Position numbers and translations under genes: made by a program. From positions 106,268,001-106,332,000 of the forward strand of contig NC_135656.1 of NCBI RefSeq assembly GCF_964188315.1: a stretch of 64,000 bases of DNA. The letters are read 5' to 3'. Positions 48,677 through 59,900 of the stretch are shown here, piece by piece. Origin of the DNA: Podarcis muralis. Its lineage: Eukaryota. The notes beneath the pieces were generated by a model that was not told the origin of the DNA, searched no databases, and saw only the letters and a program-made list of their open reading frames with translations. The stretch's first letter is position 1; each line of letters opens with the position of its first letter.

Positions 48677-49364
48677 ATTTCCTGAAGCCGAGAGGAGCTC
48701 TTCTCCAGCTTTGGTGATGGGATTCCCAAGAATGCGACGTGCAGAGACTTTCCTGCATACTAACAACAAGCAAAGCGGCAAAGGAATTCTGCAACTTCAA
48801 CATTTTCCGCAATCAGAATAAATTCTGCAACCAAAAAATGGACAGTCTTTTCCCCGAAGTGCACTTAATTTGCACACCTTGTTCTTTCTGCACATGTTTG
48901 TTACTGAGAATTTTTCTAGAGAATTTGCTTCTATATCAAACTCCTTGTTTTGTTTTGCATTGTTTTGGCATGTTACAAATTCAGCTTTGGAGATGTACAC
49001 AGGGTTCTAAAGGAGATTGCGATTCTCCTAACAGATATGAAGAACCCTGCCCTGCCTCCACCCGATCCCAGCTGCAAAAATAAAAAGAGGTGCAGTTAAG
49101 ACTTGGAAATGGCAAACATTTCTTGGAAGGTCACAAAGATTCCTTGCTATTTAAGTGTCCCTTCAACCAGGCAAAGCTATACAGGCAGAGGGCCTTCTCG
49201 GTGGTGGCGCCCGCCCTGTGGAACGCTCTCCCATCAGATGTCAAGGAAATAAACAACTATCTTCACTTTTAGAAGACATCTGAAGGCAGCCCTGTTTAGG
49301 GAAGTTTTTAATGTCTGATGTTTTACCGTGTTTTTAATATTCTATTGGGAGCTGCCCAGAGTTG

Positions 49365-49402
<38 letters not shown>

Positions 49403-49466
49403 AATTATACAATTCCCCCAGCAGTTCTCCATCCCCTTCTGTATGTTATAACAACACCTTGAACTT

Positions 49467-49940
49467 TGTAGCGATCCAGTTGTGAACCCAACTAGAAACT
49501 TGGGGTATAGAAAGTTCAGCTAAAGCAGGATCCTGAAGCAGAGATTTTCAGATTCTCTCCCTCTCTTTAATGTGAGAGAGATTCCTGCCCAACTCTGCTC
49601 AGGAGTCAAGACAACAGAGATGGTCAGTTCAGTTGGCCTTGTTTGTCCTTACCCAAAGCTTGGGGCGCAGTCCAAAACAACTAGAAGGCACCAGATTGGG
49701 GAAACTTGCAGTAATTGGTATTGGTTTGTCCTTACCCCAAGCTTGGGGCGCAGTCCAAAACAACTAGAAGGCACCAGATTGGGGAAACTTGCAGTAATTG
49801 GTAAGCAAACTGCGTAAGCCCGCAAGAGACGATGCGGGGAAATAAAAATCCTCTTCTGTCGGAGCTCAGGTTTGTAAATAGAATCTGAAACACAGCAGAC
49901 AGAGACAACCATAGGGACTAAGTGCGCAAGGTTGGCTACA
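49467..49940. repeat. LTR-like element with an 83-bp tandem duplication (49641-49803)
   Basis: tgtagcga...tggctaca ends; duplicated gtttgtccttaccc..aagcttggggcgcagtcc...gcagtaattggta; no TSD found. Confidence 0.4.
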
Positions 49941-51986
49941 GGGGAGGAAGCAGGATGCTTGCCTCTCTTAACCGTTGCCTTTTTGAAGCGCACTACGTAA
50001 GCGCTTAGGGAGGAGCAAACCAACAGCAACATCGCAGAACATAACCTTGTCACTGCAGCAGCGTGATGGGGGCATTACAGGTAGGTACATCTGCCCCTGT
50101 GCTTTGGAATGAGAAGGAATGTGCTTTTCTCTGCCTTGTTCCACCCCGTAACGGCTTTCAGGTGTACTCCGATGGGAACCACAATGAGAAACTTAACTGC
50201 CGTGCAAAGACCAAAATCCTGTCTCTGCCCCTTAGGCAGAGATGCAGCTGGAGAACAAATGTTTAAAATATTCCTGTCTTTGAGGAGGATGGTGAGAACG
50301 TGTTTTTTGGGGGTGACCGCTGTTTTTATGCCAGATGCCAGAACTGTTCAGCTCTTGTGATCCAGCCCAATGCCAAAATGGAGAAGAGAGAGAGATGGGG
50401 TCGTCTCACTCACATTTGGCTGTGGCCCCACCTGCCACCCGCATGTGCAGCCCTTGGCAGGAAAAAAAAGATCCCCACTCCTGGACTAAAGCCACAGTTC
50501 TCACTTTGGGTGAGAAACGTCCTGGGTTCAATCCTCAGGCAAGCCCATGCGTTGTAAATACAGAGACTCCATGCAGATAGTCATTTGAATGCATCGTGAT
50601 TTAAATTCACAATGGGTATGCTGTGGGAATGGTGGTAAGGAAGTCAATTTCATCTATGAACTTAATGCACACATATTTAGGAGTAATTCTCTGGACGCTT
50701 TTTTTAAAAAAATAATAAATCAAGACCCTATACAGTAAATTTCAAATTGTTCTCCGTTTCTTCTTACCTGTGGGCTAAGCCCACTGAAATTACTGTACAA
50801 GAATGCCATTCAAAACATGTAGCTCTTCAACAGAATACTGCGTGGCACATGTTGCAGCAGAGGGCCAATCATTGGAGTTTGCCTTTCTAGGGCAAATTTT
50901 GTGAGTGGCAAGTATTCTGCATGCATATGCGCGAAAGGATATATATATAATCCAAATGCACACACCGTAAGGAATTCACATTCTACCATCCAAATCCAGT
51001 TCATACAGTTTTAAGTAGAATTGATTGATTGATTGATTGATTATTTATTTATTTAAAATGGGGATGAATCAGAAGGGAGGGGGAGAGTTAAGTGGAACTG
51101 GAAAACCACAGAGGAGCAGGGGGAAATCAAGGCCAAGGCACCCTCCAAAGGATTAAAACCATGCCCCTTAATGAAGGAGAATTCTAGCAAGCCCTCAAAA
51201 CTAGGCAACCACCATTTAAAGAGCCAGACACCTGGGTTGTTGTTTTTTTAAAAGATGGTTTTAAAGCTGAAATTCTTGCACTGCCGACTTCTTGTACCAA
51301 ATGCTGCATGTGCGACTGATCCCACAGATGTGAAACATTTCCTACACCCTTGGAAATAACGCCCTGAAACAGACCGTGAAAGTGGACTGCCCGCCACTTC
51401 CTTTTAAACACTTCCTCCCTCTGCACCCCATGCTTTTATCCACCCCACTTGGGAGACCGAATGCACACAGCTTTGCCTAAAAAGAAAAAGATGTAAGAAT
51501 CAACAGTCTTGGGCCAAGAAAAGCGGCATTCCTTTGCCTTTATAAATCAAGCAAACATACCCAGAATCAGAATTCTAGAGTTGGAAAGGGACCACAAGGC
51601 TCTTTTGTCCGATATGGGGCTTGAGTCTCATGCTCTACAGGCTGAGCGATCTCAGCAAGAATATATTATTATTATGCACCACTGATTCTGTTTCAGCTAG
51701 TTGCAGAGAGGAGCAAAAATCTATGCACGGTGCTGACTGCCTCCCAAGGTCACCCGTAAGGAGTGCTGCTCATCATCCCTCCTGTGGCTTCTTGAGATTT
51801 ATTGAGGCATGAATACTGTGCACTGCCAAGTCCATCTCCATAGCATTAAGGGATGGATAGAAATCTTAGGGCACCATCCACCCATTACTTCCAAAGCCTC
51901 CATGGGCTTCAATTTCAAGTTAATAATATGTGCCCCGTTCCCACTGCAATAATTGGGACTTACTGTGGCAGGAGTGCAAAGGGAAT

Positions 51987-52640
51987 ACAGTGGTACCTTG
52001 GTTCTCAAATGCCTTGGTACTCAAACAACTTAGAACCCAAACACTGCAAACCAGGAAGTAAGTGTTCCGGTTTGCGAACTTTTTTCGGAAGCTGACCATG
52101 CTCCGTTTTGAGTGCCACGCTTCCGCTTCGAGTGCTGCGCTGAGGTCTGTCTGTTTTTGCTATTTCTTTTGCGTTTTTGTTTTCATGGCTTTTGCGTTTT
52201 TGTTTTCAGTACAGTGGTACCTCGGGTTACATACGCCTCAGGTTACATACGCTTCAGGTTACAGACTCCGCTAACCCAGAAATAGTACCTCGGGTTAAGA
52301 ACTTTGCTTCAGGATGAGAACAGAAATTGTGCAGCGGCAGCGGGAGGCCCCATTACCTAAAGTGGTACCTCAGGTTAAGAACAGTTTGAGGTTAAGAATG
52401 GACCTCCGGAAGGAATTAAGTACTTAACCTGAGGTACCACTGTTCATTGTTTATTGCTTTCATTTTATGGATCAACAGTCTCGCTAGATAGTAAAATTCA
52501 CGTTAATTTGCTGCTTTAGGGGTTGTTTTTAAAAGGCTGGAACAGATGAATCCATTTTGCATTACTCTCTATGGGAAAGCGCGCCTTGGTTTTGGAACGC
52601 TTTGGTTTTGGAACGGACTTCCGGAAAGGATTAAGTTTGG
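51987..52640. mobile_element. Tigger-like MITE with a second MITE nested inside (52209-52443)
   Basis: Outer TIRs cagtggtaccttggttctcaaa and tttgggaaccaaggtaccactg. Confidence 0.8.
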
Positions 52641-54368
52641 GAACCAAGGTACCACTGTAAATGAGCTTTTAAGGATATCACCTGTAGCTCTGCAGATGTT
52701 GCCGAACTACACCTCTGATCACTGCTTATGCTCGCTGGGGCTGATGGGATTTGGGAGTCCTACAACATCTGGGCGGCCACAGGAAAGCTACCCCTGCTCT
52801 GGCAGCTTCAGGGCGCAATGGCACAACTCTGCTTTCAGACCACCCCATTTCTCACAGCTGTACAGTATCACACCAACCCACACATTCAAACATCATTATT
52901 AGTCTGAGGAAAGCCACAGGTGACATGTGGGGTGGATGGGGGGAGAGAGACAGACCCTGCCCCTATAAAAGGAATACTGCAACAGTGTCTTTTGCCTCTG
53001 GGAAGCAGACAATCAAGGCTGGAAGGCAAGACTTCTTCCCTCTAGGTCCATCCCCATTACTTGGTAAAGGAACGAGCGACAAATAACACAGACACATAAA
53101 GGTCCAGCTTGGGGATACCTGAATGTATTTTGCATTCCAGTGATTTGCTCTTGGTACAGAACCAAGAGAGAGAGATCCCCATAGATACCACGAGGCCCCA
53201 GGCCTTTAACTCGGCTGTAGGAAAAGTGAAGATTCGGAGCAACAAGTTAACCCTTTTTCTAGGCTTTTAAAAAAACAAAAACAAAACCCACACAGAATTA
53301 CATGATTTCTCTATCTTGTGGACAGATGCAAGTAGCGGAAGGGAGGCAAAATTTGGCTGAGCTTGTCGCTACCACACTAGAGGAAACATCCCACAGTACA
53401 TTTCAGAGAGCAATTCAAAGTGTTGGTGCTGACCTTTAAAGTGGCCTAAACGGCCTCAGCCCAGTATACCTGAAAGAGCATCTTCACCTCCATTGTTCTG
53501 CCCAGAAACTGAGATCCAGCTCCGAGCGCCTTCTGGCGTTCCCTCATTGCAAGAAGCGAGGTTACACGGAACCAGGCAGAGGGCCTTCTTGGTAGTGGCG
53601 CCCGCCCTGTGGAACGCCCTCCCATCAGATGTCAAGGAAATACACTCACTATCTGTCTTTTAGAAGACATCTGAAGGCAGCCCTGTTTAGGGAAGTTTTT
53701 AATGTTTGATGTTTTACTGTGTTCTTAATATCCTGTTGGGAGCAACCCAGAGTGGCTGGGGAAACCCAGACAGACGGGCGGGGCATAAATAATAATTTAT
53801 TAGAATAAACTGACTTGCTTTTAGTGTTTAAACCTTCCTGACGGAGCCATTCTCTCACCCCATGTGTGAGGAGGCCTGAGCTGGGTGCTCAGCTGTGTAT
53901 GGTTTTAACCAGCCTCTTTTGCTTCAGACAAGAATGGAGTCTGAAACTAGTGTTTTTTTATATAGCAATTACTTAGGAACTTTTTGCCATTTTGTAACCA
54001 AGCAACATTTTACTGCCTTTGCAACTTTGTTTTTATTGCTGTATGGAAAAGCACATGAATCTGACCTTTGAAGAATTTTGTAAGTAAACCAGTTTATAAC
54101 TTACTAAATGTATGATTGATCTTTGTGCTAGGGAAGCGAGATACTTTGGAGAGAACTATTAAGAAGGGACATTTTGGAATTCATTTGAAAGGGTTTTGAC
54201 ATGTTAAATCTCTGCTGAGGCTCTCCCACCGGAGAGTACTTGCCCCAAAAGTGGGTCTTGGCTTCCAGGGTTGCAACAGTTCCCCCCCTCCTTACTACCC
54301 CCTCCTTTCTGCCCAGCACGGTAACTATATATACTAATGCCCACCCCTCACAAAAGGGGGGGGGATAA

Positions 54369-54964
54369 TTATTTGCTATCCTCCAATTCCAAGAAGTTAC
54401 CCCCTCCACTCTGCTGTGCCTGGCGAGGCTGCCGTTGTATACTGCTTGTCGAACGCAGGACCTCCGCGACGGACACCACGGCGTCAACCATGGGGTGGAG
54501 GATATCCCTTGTGCGCCGAAGCTCCGCCTCAATCATGTTGAGCTCCTTAATCCTAATCTCCCTCTCCAGATGGCTGTCCCTGGCCCTCGCCTCTCTATCC
54601 AGCTGGGCCTCCCTTGCCCTGGCTTCGCGGTCTAGCTGGGCCTCGCGTGTCCGGGCCTCTCTGTCCAGAAGCATCTCCCTCAGCATCGCCTCACGGAACT
54701 CCCCGGCGCTGATCTCGCCCCTCTCGTGAAGCGCCTCCATCGTCTCCCAGGTCCGCCGGTAGTCGGTCATGATCTCGTGCATCATTTCTTCGTGGGACCG
54801 CCTCTTCCTCTCCCGCATGGACGCCATCCTCTCTGCTGTCGTCAGGGGGCGCCCCAGGGAGTTGTCGCGCCTGCCTCTGCCTGAAGGGAGAGGGGAAGCA
54901 AATTGTAATCTCTGGTGATTGCAAAGGTTTTTTTTTACTAATTGCTCATCCCCAGCTGGCACGG
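54369..54964 (-). CDS. Myb/SANT gene terminal exon: coiled coil with 11-aa repeats
   Basis: Acceptor ttctctgccctttgcag (phase 1), alternative in-frame acceptor ccttcag at 54881-54882; ERMASMRERKRR...DREARTREAQL-DREARAREAQL-DREARARDSHL...; AATAAA on the minus strand at 54032-54037. Confidence 0.75.
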
Positions 54965-54983
54965 CTGCAAAGGGCAGAGAATA

Positions 54984-55340
54984 AGGTAAAGGTACCCCTG
55001 CCCGTTCGGGCCAGTCTTGCCAGACTCTAGGGTTGTGCGCTCATCTCACTCTATAGGCCGGGAGCCAGCGCTGTCCGCAGACACTTCCGGGTCACGTGGC
55101 CAGTGTGACAAGCTGCATCTGGCGAGCCAGCGCAGCACACGGAACGCCGTTTACCTTCCCGCTGGTAAGCGGTCCCTATTTATCTACTTGCACCCGGGGG
55201 TGCTTTCGAACTGCTAGGTTGGCAGGCGCTGGGACCGAACGACGGGAGCGCACCCCGCCGCGGGGATTCGAACCGCCGACCATGCGATCGGCAAGTCCTA
55301 GGCGCTGAGGTTTTACCCACAGCGCCACCCGCGTCCCCCT
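54984..55340 (-). mobile_element. Sauria SINE (subfamily B) inserted in the acceptor polypyrimidine tract
   Basis: 13-bp TSD agggcagagaata at 54971-54983 and 55341-55353. Confidence 0.9.
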
Positions 55341-55914
55341 AGGGCAGAGAATAGCAGGTGGCTGGGACTCCAGATTCCCTCTTTCCCTTTGGGTTAATCA
55401 GGGGAGCAGGGATTTACAGAAGCCTGAAGCTTTGCAAAATGTAGAGCAAGCTAGCACTGGGGCTGGGTGCAGGGGTTATAAGATGACTGGCAGGTGGTTT
55501 GGCCCGCTGGGCCAAAACACATTCCCCACCCCTGTGTTATCGAGGGCCTCACTAGAGCCAAAGAGACCCGGGTTCAAGTTCCCCTCAGTCACAATGCTCG
55601 CTGAGTGGCCTTGGGCAAGTCACTGCCCCTCATCCTAAGCTGCATCCATCACATGTCTGTTCTAAGGACGACATGGTATGTAGGAGAGAGCTATGTACTG
55701 AATTCCTTGGAGGAAGAATGGGATAAACATTCAATAAAGAGCCAGTTTCTTGTGCTGATCTTTAACATTGTCAGGAGGAGGCCCCATTCCATCCCCTTGT
55801 TCCTGGATGCCAGGGCCCAGACTGACAATGTCCCACAGAGCAGTATGAAGCACATATGCGCTTGCCTTGAGTTCCAGGACAGGTGGGATATAAAAATAGA
55901 AAAATAATAAAACG

Positions 55915-56095
55915 AAGTAAGAGCTGTTCGACAGTGGAATTTGCTGCCCAGGAGTGTGGTGGAGTCTCCTTCTTTGGAGGTCTTTAAGCAGAGGCTTGAC
56001 AACCATATGTCAGGAGTGCTCTGATGGTGTTTCCTGCTTGGCAGGGGGTTGGACTCGATGGCCCTTGTGGTCTATCCCAACTCTATGATTCTATG
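55915..56095 (+). mobile_element. Young CR1 3' end
   Basis: ...cccaactctatgattctatga; differs from 28801-28941 at only a few positions. Confidence 0.85.
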
Positions 56096-56313
56096 AATAA
56101 CCCTAGTTGTATGCTGCCGTGTGCCACTGGTGGGTGTGCATTAGGTGGCAACACAAGAAAAGGCTGTCTTTGTAGTGGTACACCTGGTGCTGAAACACTG
56201 TTTGCCCAGGCATTTTCAGTGATTCAGGGCTGTGCTAGGGAGCCTGCTCTATGGTTTGCGCTTCCGATTTACAGCTGTTTCGAATGTGATCTTATGGAAT
56301 CTGCATCTCATAC

Positions 56314-56484
56314 CCTGTCCTGGGATCCACTGAGGTGAAGGGAAGGTTGCAAATGCTCTCAATAAAATCGCATCTAAGCCACAGCGGCAATTTTGCTTGG
56401 AAGGGTTTATAATGCCACCAAGCGTCATAATACATCTGCTGTCAATATTCAATGTCATTGGTAGCATAGCTGATATCATATCAC
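56314..56484 (-). CDS. Candidate in-frame cassette exon of the Myb/SANT gene
   Basis: Acceptor ttgattccacag, donor CAGG|gtatga; 171 nt, phase 1-1, no stop. The peptide is not recognisable. Confidence 0.3.
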
Positions 56485-57080
56485 CTGTGGAATCAAGCCC
56501 ACTGAGCTTCTCCCTTTCTGAGAGCCTTTCCCCACCCTCTCAGCCAGCCAAACCCGCCCCACAGACACTTTCCCTCCCGCCTCCATTTTCTGTCCTTCCT
56601 ATACCCCTTGCTTCCTTTTTCTTGCCTGCCTGCCAGCTTATCCCATCATCCAATCAATTTGCCAGGGTGGAGCTGCCCTCGCCCGGAATGAATGCTGATT
56701 GGCTGCAGGGATGAAAATCTAAGCAACCTCCTCCCAGGCTCTTTCAGAGCTTCCCAGGCCCCCTCCCTCTCACATTCTGACCAAAATTGGCCAGACCTAG
56801 ACACACAGCACCATATGGCATTCCCGGCTAACTGGGACGGTTTGCATAGCATCCAACCTTACGCAGGCTCCACTTCCGAGACTAAATTTCACGTCAGTTC
56901 CTCTCTGGCAAGGCACATCTAATTCGGGTCTCTAAACAGGGGGAATTCAGGTCATGCCACCCTACCCCACAAGAGCCCAGAATTGTTCTTGTCGGTTCCC
57001 ACAGCCGGTTGACGCCTCGCCGGCCAAACAGCCATGAGCACCCACAGAAAGGCCACCGCAGCAACACAACATTTGCTCAC

Positions 57081-57720
57081 CAGCCAGAGAATGGTGCCCA
57101 TCTTCGCTGGGGCCAGCCACCGGTTGCCCGTATAAAGGCAGAGATTTGTCACTGGGGCACTCCTCCCCTATTTTGGTTTCAATCACATCCGGGTCGCCGG
57201 CCACCAGCTCTCGCGAGACCCCGAGGTTCGGTTCCGTTTCGGTGTCCGTGTCCATGCTCGAGAGCGTGTTTGGCGGCGTCATCTGGTTGCCCTCCTCTTC
57301 GGAGACCTGCGCCTCCATGTCCTCCGCCTCTTCCGTTTTCACCACCACCCGGGCAGACCCGTCCATGCTCGGCAGGCTCCGGTTCGCCACGCCGTCCATT
57401 TCTCCGCCAAACATCCGGTCCAGCTCTCGGAAGTAGCGGCAGGAAACCGGCTCGGCGCCGGCGCACACCTGCGCGTCCTTGGCTCTCCGGTAGCTGCGCT
57501 TCAGGTCCCGGGCCCGGTTGCGACACTGCGAGGCGTTGCGCTCGTGACCCCTGGCGATCATCTGGGCCGAGAGGTCCTCGTAGATGTCGCTGTTGGGGGG
57601 CCGGTTTTCGATCCACCTGAGAATCAGCAGCTCGCCCCAGAGGGCCAGGAAGTTCCGCGTCTCCATCTCTGACCAAACCGGGGCGCGGGGCTGCAAGCGC
57701 TGGCGCGGCGTATGTGGCAT
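57081..57720 (-). CDS. Myb/SANT-like (trihelix, Myb_DNA-bind_4/MSANTD-type) domain exon
   Basis: WSEMETRNFLALWGE...IYEDLSAQMIARGHERNASQCRNRARDLKRSY...CRYFRELDRMFG followed by an acidic linker; phase-1 donor GCTG|gtgagc. Confidence 0.88.
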
Positions 57721-57899
57721 GCCTGCTTTGGCCTAGCCAGCCCAGGTTTATCAGCACTGGACTCCAGGCAGCTCCAGGTGCCCCCACTACCTGAGAAGTG
57801 CCAAACTTCCCTCAGGAGACCCAGCAAGCCACAGCTGGAGGGAAAGAGCCCACAGCTTGCATGGAAGAGGAAGGCACCAGAAGAAAGCCAAGATGGAAC

Positions 57900-59900
57900 C
57901 TTTTGCACCAGCGAGTGTTCACATGAACAGTTGTTAGTCAGTAGTAACGTCGTGGGCGGAGCTTTGGCCGGGACTTGCAAGGATCTCTTTCGGACACTTG
58001 GCATGGCCAATCCCGCCTCGAGGCGTCACGGCCCCCAACCCACCGAGTGGCTCCTTCCAGGGAGAGGTGGAAGCAGCTGCGCCAGCGAGCCAATAGGCCA
58101 AGCGGAGAGGCGGAGGCGGCGGCGGCTGCTCTGCTGCAAGCAATGGATCCACCCTGCCTTTGCAGACAGGAAAAGGAAGGATTCCCGGCGGCGGCGGCGG
58201 CTTCCCGCACACCCCTTTGCTCGCCTCGTCCGGCTTTGCGCGCTGCAAGCGGTGGGACTCCATCGGAGCGCCTAGCGGAATCTGGGGAGGCTTCTCTCTG
58301 GAGCGCATTGTGCCTCTAAAGGAAAGCTACTGGGTCCTGCCCCCCCTACTCTCTCCAAGCCCCTGGATCTCTTGCTTTTCTTTCTGTGGTCGGGAGCAAG
58401 CAAAGCCATGTCAGCGTAAACATATATTTCAAACAGCGCGAATGTTGACCTTGGAGAACTGCTTGCAATTGCGCCGCTGTTCTCCCCCTGCTGGTTTCGT
58501 TAGAAATCTGCAGAGCTGCAAAAAAAGGACGGGTGCTCGCAAAACAGCAGCGGCAGCCGCCCCTGGATCAGTCCCTGAAAGAGCGTTGAAGAGAAGCTTG
58601 CAAACTCTTGCAGTTGGAAGGAATGCAGCAAATGGTCATGGAGGGCAGCGGGATTGAAGGGGCAGGATCCGTGCACCAGGGCTGCTTGCACATGGCATGG
58701 TGGAATGCTACCATTAATGTGTGGGGAGGAGACGAGGAGTTGGGGGGGGGGATGCCAGTGGGAAGCCGGGTGCCTATGGCTGGTACTGCAAGAGTTTGCA
58801 AGAGATCCCGATCTCCGCCTCGTAGAGTCGCTGATGTTCGCCTTAAAGATTTCTTACTCCGTTCCCCACGATTTTCAGACGCTTTGATTTTGCCCTCCGG
58901 GGGGCGCCCAAGCCCATTTTGTTAAAGCTGCGTTATATATCATATACTATATATCATATACTATTCTCCAATAGTTTAGACCTGGAATTAAAGTTTAGGA
59001 ACCAGCAAACCTCCTAGAACCGCCTGCTAATAACATTGTTTTTTATAGAGACGCCTACCCAGAAATTTAGACTGTTGCTGTGTGTTTTGATCTGTTTTGG
59101 GTTTGTTGCTGGTTTTATTTTTCTGGGTCTTTTAAATTATTGTTAAATCTTTTTACCTTTTCCGTGAATTGCTTCGAGGGTTGTTGTTGTTGTTAGCAGT
59201 GTATATGTTTCTTTAATGAACAAATAAAACATATGGGGCCCCCCCAATCACTATTTTATTTTATTTTATTACTATTTTTAAACCAACCCAGATTCTTCCT
59301 CACCTGCTTGAATGCACCTGAACACCTTTCTCTACCAGCCTGCCCCACACCGGGTGACCTCGGGCCCCCTCACTATCCTTCAGCCTAGCCTACCTCACAG
59401 GGATGTTGTGCGGAGGCTGAAACAGGAAACGGGCGCGCTGATTGGTTGGCTGGCCGCTTGGGCCGGCGTCCCGACGCGCGCCGCGCGACAAACCAGCTCC
59501 GCGAGGTGAGGGTTCGGGCGGCGGCTTCGCTCGGCGGCTCTGAGCATGCTCGCGGGAGCCGGGCATGCTCAGTTAACAACGAGGCATGGGCTCCCTGGAC
59601 CTGCGTCCCGTCCGTAGATGTCGATAGATACAAGTAGATAGGTAGATGGACACGCGAGGGGGCACCATGTGAGTAACGAGCGGCGGGACTGCGTGGGCCC
59701 CGGGCGGAGGCAGGAGACGCGAGGAGGGAGGAGCCCGGGCAGGTCTAGCGACCGCCGCTCCTGCCTCCGACGGGGGACGGCTCAGGCGGAGGGAGGTCGA
59801 GGCGCCCTCTGCTTCGCTGCCTCCCCCTCCAGCGCTGGGTGGGATGGGGATGCTTGCCCTCGGGGGAAGGGAAGCAGCCCCCACGGGCCTGGCTGCTATT
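57900..59900. promoter_or_regulatory. Divergent promoter region with two CpG-rich blocks (about 57900-58300 and 59420-59900)
   Basis: CpG-dense blocks between the Myb/SANT ATG (57720, minus) and the HDAC11 start (59667, plus); CCAAT at about 58090 and ATTGG at about 59441. Confidence 0.65.
59667..59668 (+). CDS. HDAC11: HDAC11 coding exon 1 (split start codon AT|G)
   Basis: gcaccAT|gtgagt; the G at the start of exon 2 completes ATG in frame. Confidence 0.75.

Noticed and set aside
47684-48781. 365-aa minus-strand ORF (and similar antisense or alternate-frame ORFs over 12858-13223, 29594-30193 and 37230-37920)
   Set aside because: Shadow ORFs produced by the repetitive, GC-rich codon usage of C2H2 arrays on the opposite strand or frame; no domain, no splice logic.
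53800-59400. Intact autonomous Harbinger transposon
   Set aside because: No DDE transposase ORF, no TIR pair enclosing the Myb/SANT gene and no TWA TSD were found; the 18-bp inverted repeat lies wholly upstream of the gene.
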